DNA from: Deltaproteobacteria bacterium
Lineage (GTDB): Bacteria > Desulfobacterota > Desulfomonilia > UBA1062
NCBI GenBank assembly: GCA_029547045.1
Contig: JAKPQL010000022.1
Span: 6,450-70,449 of the forward strand
Reading direction: 5' to 3'
Length of the DNA: 64,000 bases
Part shown: positions 57,949-64,000 of the stretch, in pieces
Layout of the letters: every line of letters starts with the position of its first letter
Numbering within the stretch: the stretch's first letter is position 1
The notes under the pieces: model-generated
The model's database searches: none
Told to the model about the DNA's origin: nothing
Seen by the model: the letters and a program-made list of their open reading frames with translations, nothing else
Made by a program: the position numbers and the translations under genes

Positions 57949-59232
57949 ATGAGGATCCTGGTGGTGGACGACGAGCTCGTCAGCCGCGAGAAGATGAAGC
58001 GCATCATGGGCAGCATCGGCATGTGCGATGAGGCGGCCAGCGGTCAGGAGGCCCTGGATGCCGTCGCCAGGGCGAACGAGGAGGGCTCTCCCTACGACCT
58101 CATCACCCTGGACATATCCATGCCCGAGATGAACGGCACCGAGGTGCTCGCCCGCATCCGTGAGCTGGAGCAGGAAAGGCGCCTGGACAGCGCCGAGAAG
58201 GTGAAGATCTTCATGGTCACGGCATCATCCGAGAAGGACACCATCCTCTCCTGCATCAGGTCGGGGTGCAGCGACTACATCATGAAACCCTTCAGCATGG
58301 ACACCGTGACCAAGAAGCTCAGGGACAACGGGTTGATGCCCGGGGAGGTTCAGGGGGCAGGGCAGAATGGCGATAAACCCGCTGCAGGCCGCACCAATCC
58401 CCTGCAGCCCATCATCGCACGGTTCAACCGGGGAGAGATCGAACTGCCGCCGCTGCCGCGCATCCAGAACAGGTTCTACGAGATCATGAAGGGCGGAGGG
58501 GATCAGCGCCAGATCGGGGATCTCCTGAAACAGGACCCGGCCATTTCCACCCGGCTCATCCGCATATCCAACTCGTCCTTCTACCGGGGAATCAGCGAGA
58601 ACACCACGGTGGAGCAGGCGGTGAACCGACTGGGGCTCCTGGCCACCAAACAGGCCGTGGACGCCCTGTCCAACAGGTCGCTCTACGAGGGGGCCAGCCC
58701 GAAGTACGCGGCCGTGGTGGAGATGCTCTGGGAGCACTCGATTTCCTGTGCCCATGCATGCCAGATCATCTGCGAGCTCAAGGGGATCAAGCTGGTCGAG
58801 GACCCCTTCACCCTGGGCCTGCTCCACGACATCGGCAAGCTCATGCTCCTGCGGGTCATCGGCGAGCTGGAGAAAGGCGGCAAGGAGGAAGCCACGGGCG
58901 ATGCCGACGAGCTCCTTGCCACAGTTGACGCACACCACGGGAAATCCGGGGCCGTGCTGCTGAAGAAGTGGCTCTTCGCGGGAGTGTTCGTGCAGGTGGC
59001 AGAGCTCCACGACCACGTGGAGCACATCCTCACGCCGAGCCGGGAGCTCATGGTGGTCCACCTCGGCAACGCCATCGTCAAGTCCATGGGGTACGGTACC
59101 CCAAACCCCGGCGGCGTCCAGCCCGAGTCGCTGCAGGTCACCCAGGCCCTCGGGTTCGACCCCTCCGTCGTCTCCATCATCAAGGACCAGGTGAAGGAGC
59201 GGATGGAAGCGCTGAAGGAGTGTCTCCAGTAG
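57949..59232 (+). CDS. Response regulator receiver fused to HDOD domain
   Basis: N-terminal REC (ILVVDDE…DISMPEMNG) and a C-terminal HDOD (…HDIGKLML…). Confidence 0.8.
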   Translation: MRILVVDDELVSREKMKRIMGSIGMCDEAASGQEALDAVARANEEGSPYDLITLDISMPEMNGTEVLARIRELEQERRLDSAEKVKIFMVTASSEKDTILSCIRSGCSDYIMKPFSMDTVTKKLRDNGLMPGEVQGAGQNGDKPAAGRTNPLQPIIARFNRGEIELPPLPRIQNRFYEIMKGGGDQRQIGDLLKQDPAISTRLIRISNSSFYRGISENTTVEQAVNRLGLLATKQAVDALSNRSLYEGASPKYAAVVEMLWEHSISCAHACQIICELKGIKLVEDPFTLGLLHDIGKLMLLRVIGELEKGGKEEATGDADELLATVDAHHGKSGAVLLKKWLFAGVFVQVAELHDHVEHILTPSRELMVVHLGNAIVKSMGYGTPNPGGVQPESLQVTQALGFDPSVVSIIKDQVKERMEALKECLQ

Positions 59233-59372
59233 CTCCTGCGGTTCCCTTGAGGCCGTTCCGGCCCTCTCCTCTGTTCCCCCTTGTCAACACGGCCCGAAAA
59301 ACGGTACCCTGATCCGGCCATGACGCGTGTCGCCCGTCCCCTGAAGGGCGCCGTATGGAGGGGGAGGATTCG

Positions 59373-60440
59373 ATGAAAGTGCTGGCATTGAACGCAAGTC
59401 CCAGGATCAAGGGGCAGAGCAAGACCGAGATCATGCTGAGCAGCCTGGTGGCAGGCATGGAGCGGGCAGGCGCACGGGTGGAGGTCGTTTCCCTGCGCAC
59501 CAAGACCGTGAAGAACTGCATCGGGTGCTACACCTGCTGGACCAAGACCCCCGGGAGGTGCATCCACCGGGACGACATGGCCACTGAGCTCTTCCCTGCG
59601 TTCATCGGGTCCGATATCGCGGTCTTTGCAACGCCCCTGTACCACTTCACCATGAACGCCACCATGAAGGCCTTCATCGAGCGCACCCTGCCCGTGCTCG
59701 AGCCCTTCCTCCAGCAAAAGGGCGAAACCACGTTCCATCCCCTGCGGGGGAGGCACCCCGCCGTGGTGGTGCTCTCGGTGGCGGGGTTCCCCGAACAGTC
59801 CGTGTTCAGCCAGCTCTCCAGCCACATGCGGTTCATGTACGGCAAGGGGCTCATCGGCGAGATCTACCGGAGCGCGGCCGAGGCCATGGTCCTGGGCCCC
59901 TACGGGAAGGTACGCGCCGACATCCTGGATGCCGTGACCACTGCGGGCGTGGAGCTGGTGAAGACCATGAGGATCGACCCGGCCACCGTAGAGCGCATCA
60001 CCCAGCCCATCGGCGACAAGACGGTCATGGCCAGGGCGGCCAACATCTTCTGGCGCACCTGCATCCGGGAGAAGATGACCCCGGAGGAGATGAGGGCCAA
60101 GGGGACAGTACCCAGGCCGGAGAGCATCGAGGACTTCTGCCTGCTCATGAAGATGGCCTTCCGGCCGGACAGGGCCGCAGGCCTGAAGGCCATAATCCGC
60201 TTCGACTTCACGGGTGAGCAGGAGGGGGCGTGCTCGCTGAGCCTCAGCGAGCACGGCGTGGAGGAGTCCGTGCAGCCCGGAGGCCGGGCGGACCTGGTGG
60301 TCAGTGCTCCCTTCGACGTGTGGATGGACATCCTCACGGGCAAGGCCGACGGCCAGGACGCCTTGACGAAGGGGTGGTACACGGCCGAGGGCGATCTCTC
60401 CCTTCTCGTGCGCATGAGGGAACTCTTCGGCCCTTCCTGA
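59373..60440 (+). CDS. Iron-sulfur flavoprotein (Isf)-like NADPH-dependent FMN reductase fused to C-terminal SCP2 domain
   Basis: Flavodoxin-like N-terminus (KVLALNASPR) and the compact Cys motif C-x2-C-x2-C-x5-C typical of Isf. The C-terminal about 110 aa is SCP2-like. Confidence 0.7.
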   Translation: MKVLALNASPRIKGQSKTEIMLSSLVAGMERAGARVEVVSLRTKTVKNCIGCYTCWTKTPGRCIHRDDMATELFPAFIGSDIAVFATPLYHFTMNATMKAFIERTLPVLEPFLQQKGETTFHPLRGRHPAVVVLSVAGFPEQSVFSQLSSHMRFMYGKGLIGEIYRSAAEAMVLGPYGKVRADILDAVTTAGVELVKTMRIDPATVERITQPIGDKTVMARAANIFWRTCIREKMTPEEMRAKGTVPRPESIEDFCLLMKMAFRPDRAAGLKAIIRFDFTGEQEGACSLSLSEHGVEESVQPGGRADLVVSAPFDVWMDILTGKADGQDALTKGWYTAEGDLSLLVRMRELFGPS

Positions 60441-60494
60441 GGCGGGCGGGGTGTTTCCGGTACGACCCCGGATCCGAAAGGACAAGGAGGAGCC

Positions 60495-61220
60495 ATGACA
60501 CCTGATCCTTCGAAGCTTTTAGAAAGGCTCGGCATAACGCTCCCCCTCATCGGGTTCTACGACGCCCCGGATGCGGCGGGGTTCGAGCCCGTGGTGACGC
60601 CGGAGCCGAGCAGGCACGTGTGCGTGTTCAGCTTCTTCAGGGACTGGCTTGAAGGCCGGACGCTGCTCATCACATCGGAGAACTTCGGCTGCGGCGGGGC
60701 GGGCACGGCCCTGTTCAGCCTCCAGACCCGCACCCGGGAGGAGTATGTCACGTTCCTGGCGGAGACCGAGGGGCTCAAGTGCAGCCGAGAGGTCATGGGG
60801 GCATGGCTCGATGCGCGCAGGACGTACCGCCCGGTGAACGAGTGCATCCTCATCGGGCCCCTGCGCGAGGGCAAGGGGCGGTTCCTCAGGAGCGTGACCT
60901 TCCATGTCAACCCGGACCAGCTGAGCGCACTGGTCATCGGCGCCCACTACTGCAGTGTGCCCGGGGACCCGCCGGCCGTGCTGGCGCCCTTCGGGTCGGG
61001 GTGCATGGAGCTCATCACGCCCTTTGCGGACCTTGCCGTCCCCCAGGCCGTCATCGGTGCCACGGACATCGCCATGCGGCGGTATCTGCCGCCGGACATC
61101 CTGGCTTTTTCCGTGACCGTTCCCATGTTCGAGCAGCTCTGCGCCCTGGACGAGCGGAGCTTCCTCTGCAAGCCGTTTCTGAAGAACCTCCAGAAGGCGC
61201 GCGCACGGGAGAAACAGTGA
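60495..61220 (+). CDS. Hypothetical protein, DUF169-like (COG2043) by size and Cys pattern
   Basis: 241 aa with conserved Cys residues. The family assignment is tentative. Confidence 0.4.
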   Translation: MTPDPSKLLERLGITLPLIGFYDAPDAAGFEPVVTPEPSRHVCVFSFFRDWLEGRTLLITSENFGCGGAGTALFSLQTRTREEYVTFLAETEGLKCSREVMGAWLDARRTYRPVNECILIGPLREGKGRFLRSVTFHVNPDQLSALVIGAHYCSVPGDPPAVLAPFGSGCMELITPFADLAVPQAVIGATDIAMRRYLPPDILAFSVTVPMFEQLCALDERSFLCKPFLKNLQKARAREKQ

Positions 61221-61224
61221 ACCC

Positions 61225-61671
61225 ATGAGCATGGTTCATGAGAAAGGAGCCCCTATGGATTACCGGAATATGACCGCACCCTGTGGCCTTGACTGCTTCA
61301 ACTGCCCGGTGTACCTGGCAGGCGCGGACGATAGGCTCAGGGAGAAGATCGCTGCCGGTCTGGGCATTCCGCCGGAGAAGGTTTCGTGCAGGGGGTGCCG
61401 GAACCATGACGGCGCCATCCCCTTCCTCGGCATGACGGAACCCTGCAGCGTCTACCGGTGCATTACTACGAAGGGACTGAGCTTCTGCAGCGAATGCGAA
61501 GACTTTCCCTGCGACCGGCTCCACCCCTATGCGGACAGTGCGGCCCTGGTCCCGCACAACACCAAGGTCTTCAACCTCTGCCTCATCAGGAGGATGGGCC
61601 TCGACGCATGGGCCAGGGACAAGGCGAAGAGCGTGAAGGAAACGTACTTCAAGGGGAAGTTCAGGCTTTAG
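61225..61671 (+). CDS. DUF3795 family Cys-rich zinc-binding protein
   Basis: CGLDCFNC…CRGCRN…CSVYRC…FCSECEDFPCDRL matches the DUF3795 Cys spacing. The start may be 61255. Confidence 0.6.
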   Translation: MSMVHEKGAPMDYRNMTAPCGLDCFNCPVYLAGADDRLREKIAAGLGIPPEKVSCRGCRNHDGAIPFLGMTEPCSVYRCITTKGLSFCSECEDFPCDRLHPYADSAALVPHNTKVFNLCLIRRMGLDAWARDKAKSVKETYFKGKFRL

Positions 61672-61699
61672 GTGGGCCGGGAGCCCGCGTGAGGATGGT

Positions 61700-62524
61700 A
61701 TGGGGATCGAAGCGAAAGACCTCAAGGACATGATTCTCGCCGAGGGCATCGACCTCGTGGGGATTGCCTCTGCCGAAGACCTGCTCCTGGCGCAGCCCCC
61801 CAGGCCGCCGGGCGCGCTCATGCCGACGGCCCGGAGCGTCATCGTCATGGCGGTGGCCCACAGTCTCGGCGCGGTCTATGCCCCGGACATCAGGCTCTGG
61901 ACGAGGAACAAGATGCAGACCTCCCGGCTGCTCGACCGGACGGCCGAGAAGATCGGGAGGTTCCTCGAGCGCAAGGGGTTCCTGACCCTGCCCATCTCCG
62001 CGGACAAGCCCGTGGAGATCCACAGGAGGGACCCGGTCACCGGGACGGGGCTTAGCCACACGAAAACCCTGGGACAGCTCTCCCTGAAGCACGCGGCGGT
62101 CAGCGCCGGGCTCGGGGCCATCGGCAGGTCGAACCTGCTCCTCACCCCCCGGTTCGGCCCGCACGTGCGGCTCGGCGCCGTCGTCACCGCCGCCGTGCTG
62201 GAACCCGACACAAAGGAGATATACGACCCATGCCCGGCTGGCTGCCGCCTCTGCGAGCAGGCCTGCCCGGTGGGCGCCCTCAGGGGCGGGAGATATAACG
62301 TGGACCCCTGCTTCTTCTACTGGTCGTGGGGCTTCGACAAGGTTCCGCCCAGGAGGCTGCGGGACTGGCCCCCCTTCCTGAAGATGCTCCTGGGGCACGT
62401 GCGCAGGCGGGACTTCGTGGTGGAGTTCGGGCAGACCATGATCACGGACGTGGACAACTGCATGGCCTGCATGAGGGCCTGCCCGCAGGGATCGGACTGG
62501 AAGGGCATCAGGCCCCGTGCCTGA
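61700..62524 (+). CDS. 4Fe-4S protein, epoxyqueuosine reductase (QueG)-like / reductive-dehalogenase-associated type
   Basis: A DUF1730-like N-region followed by CPAGCRLCEQACP and CMACMRACP. Confidence 0.5.
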   Translation: MGIEAKDLKDMILAEGIDLVGIASAEDLLLAQPPRPPGALMPTARSVIVMAVAHSLGAVYAPDIRLWTRNKMQTSRLLDRTAEKIGRFLERKGFLTLPISADKPVEIHRRDPVTGTGLSHTKTLGQLSLKHAAVSAGLGAIGRSNLLLTPRFGPHVRLGAVVTAAVLEPDTKEIYDPCPAGCRLCEQACPVGALRGGRYNVDPCFFYWSWGFDKVPPRRLRDWPPFLKMLLGHVRRRDFVVEFGQTMITDVDNCMACMRACPQGSDWKGIRPRA

Positions 62525-62541
62525 GGGGAAGGAGGGAGAAG

Positions 62542-63117
62542 ATGCTGCGCGATCTCATCGTGAGGAACCGGTCGTACCGGAGGTTCTTCCAGGACCACCG
62601 GATCAGTGCGCAGGAACTCAGGGAGCTCGTGGACCTGGCGCGCCTGTCCGCATCGGCGGCCAACATGCAGCCGCTCAAGTTCTTCATCTCCTGGGAGAGC
62701 GAGCAGAACGACAGGATCTTCCCGTGCCTCGGCTGGGCGGCCTACCTCAGGGACTGGCCAGGGCCCGTTGAGGGGGAGCGGCCGAGCGCGTACATCGTCA
62801 TCCTGGGCGATAGGGAAATCTCCACGAACTACTGGTGCGACCACGGCATCACGGCCCAGTCCATCCTCCTGGGGGCCGTCGAGAAGGGTCTGGGCGGGTG
62901 CATGATCGCATCCATCAGGAAGAAGGACCTCATGGATGTACTGGGGATCCCGGAGCGCTACGACGTGCTCCTGGTGATCGCCCTGGGCAGGCCCAGGGAG
63001 GAGGTCCGGATCGAGGCGCTGGGGCCGGACGGAGACATCCGGTACTGGAGGGACGCATCGGGCGTGCACCACGTGCCCAAGAGGTCTCTGGACGAGATAG
63101 TGATAGAGAGATTCTAG
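62542..63117 (+). CDS. Nitroreductase family protein
   Basis: The N-terminus RSYRRF and the flavin nitroreductase fold motifs. Confidence 0.8.
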   Translation: MLRDLIVRNRSYRRFFQDHRISAQELRELVDLARLSASAANMQPLKFFISWESEQNDRIFPCLGWAAYLRDWPGPVEGERPSAYIVILGDREISTNYWCDHGITAQSILLGAVEKGLGGCMIASIRKKDLMDVLGIPERYDVLLVIALGRPREEVRIEALGPDGDIRYWRDASGVHHVPKRSLDEIVIERF

Positions 63118-63142
63118 CACTGAAAATTATGGCCTTTGCCTG

Positions 63143-63188
63143 GGGCCATGTCCCAATGGACATGACCCCAGGCAAAGGATAAGCCCGA
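63143..63188 (+). repeat. Long near-perfect hairpin (21-bp stem, 1 mismatch, 4-nt loop) between nitroreductase paralogs
   Basis: CCTTTGCCTGGGGCCATGTCC-CAAT-GGACATGACCCCAGGCAAAGG, read directly. No U-tract follows. Confidence 0.6.
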
Positions 63189-63190
63189 AG

Positions 63191-63205
63191 GGCTTACACC
63201 CTTCC
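63191..63205 (+). repeat. Second small hairpin AAGCCC-GAA-GGGCTT
   Basis: 6-bp stem with a GAA loop immediately after the long hairpin. Confidence 0.4.
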
Positions 63206-63218
63206 CGCGAGGTCTGTC

Positions 63219-63893
63219 ATGGACATCGAGACCGCCATACGGAGCAGGAAGAGCATCCGGGGCTTCAAACCAGACCCGGTGCCCAGGCAGCTCATAGAAC
63301 AGGTCCTCACGCTGGCGTGCCGGGCGCCGTCCACCATGAACACCCAGCCCTGGGAATTCGTGGTGGCGGGGGGAGAGGTGCTGAGGGCCATCGCTGCACA
63401 AAACGTGATGAGGCTCAGGGAAGGCGTGATGATATGCCCCGAGCACGTCATCACGGGGTGGCCCCCCCGGAGCGTGTACCGCGAGCGGCAGGTGGAGGTG
63501 GCCAAGCGGATCTTCAGCCTCATGGGCATCGCGCGGGAGGACAGGGTCAGGCGCGCCGAATGGATGGAACGGGGGTTCCGCTTCTTCGACGCCCCTGCCG
63601 CCGTGATCATCCTCACCGACACGGCGCTGAGCGAGGGGGGACCCCTCATGGACATCGGAGCCCTCATGCAGACACTGTGTCTGGCTGCACTGGCGCATGG
63701 GCTTGGCACCTGCATCGAGGACCAGGGCGTCATGTACCCCGAAGTCCTGCGGTCTGTGCTGAAGATCCCGGACACCAAGCGTATCCTCATCTGCGTCGCC
63801 CTGGGCTACCCAGACCCGGACTTCCCCGCCAACGCCCTGGAAAGCCCCCGGGAGGACATCGCCGCCATCACCTCCTGGCACGGCTTCGACTGA
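63219..63893 (+). CDS. Nitroreductase family protein (second copy)
   Basis: The N-terminus RSRKSIRGFKPDPVP and the nitroreductase fold. Confidence 0.8.
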   Translation: MDIETAIRSRKSIRGFKPDPVPRQLIEQVLTLACRAPSTMNTQPWEFVVAGGEVLRAIAAQNVMRLREGVMICPEHVITGWPPRSVYRERQVEVAKRIFSLMGIAREDRVRRAEWMERGFRFFDAPAAVIILTDTALSEGGPLMDIGALMQTLCLAALAHGLGTCIEDQGVMYPEVLRSVLKIPDTKRILICVALGYPDPDFPANALESPREDIAAITSWHGFD

Positions 63894-63905
63894 GCAGGGG
63901 GGGCG

Positions 63906-64000
63906 GTGGATATCTACGCATTTCTCGAGCGGCACGGAATACCCTACCGGCGCTATGACCACGAGGCGGTCTACACCTGCGAGCAGGCGGACAGGCTGGC
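63906..64000 (+). CDS. YbaK/ProX-like aminoacyl-tRNA deacylase, 3'-truncated by the window edge
   Basis: GTG start. VDIYAFLERHGIPYRRYDHEAVYTCEQA resembles the YbaK-family N-termini. Only 31 codons are visible. Confidence 0.45.
   Translation, partial: MDIYAFLERHGIPYRRYDHEAVYTCEQADRL

Noticed and set aside
58683-60485. 600-aa minus-strand ORF opposite the REC-HDOD and Isf-SCP2 genes
   Set aside because: It spans two genuine plus-strand genes and an intergenic region. No motifs.

Overview
This window is high-GC bacterial chromosome with dense, mostly non-overlapping genes on both strands. The gene content (sigma-54 promoters, DUF1844 next to HtrA, HDOD and MEDS signalling domains, many Fe-S and radical-SAM proteins) suggests an anaerobic Deltaproteobacteria-like (Desulfobacterota) organism. 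That assignment is an inference from gene content only. The window starts inside guaB and ends inside a ybaK-like gene. Recognisable housekeeping genes are dnaE, accA, pilD, ridA, htrA/degP, ispE, spoVG, tRNA-Gln(UUG), prs, yifB/comM, hslO, a ribosomal protein bTHX missed by the ORF track, a ttcA-like PP-loop ATPase, a split transketolase and a DEAD-box helicase. There is a large signalling load: HD-GYP, GGDEF, two hybrid histidine kinases (one dCache, one MEDS/PAS/Hpt) and a receiver-HDOD protein. I found no CRISPR array, rRNA, integrase or transposase. The candidates for something undescribed are these: (1) a sigma-54-promoted operon of a small Cys-rich protein, a DUF362 Fe-S protein, a lipoprotein, a sirtuin and a uridine-phosphorylase-like protein (36635-40229); (2) a visibly AT-rich islet (about 29080-30690) with a perfect palindromic operator, a small ORF, a RelE/ParE-XRE toxin-antitoxin pair, a secreted hypothetical and an A8 slippage tract at a possible frameshift junction; (3) a TetR/split-transketolase/unknown-protein operon with a convergent RHH gene (44114-47824); (4) a redox cluster of Isf-SCP2, DUF169-like, DUF3795, QueG-like and two nitroreductases (59373-63893). 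Several regulatory elements are legible directly in the sequence: two perfect sigma-54 -24/-12 elements, a consensus-like sigma-70 promoter embedded in ispE, intrinsic terminators, long hairpins and a direct repeat flanking the tRNA. All functional calls come from motif and family recognition by eye. No database searches were run.
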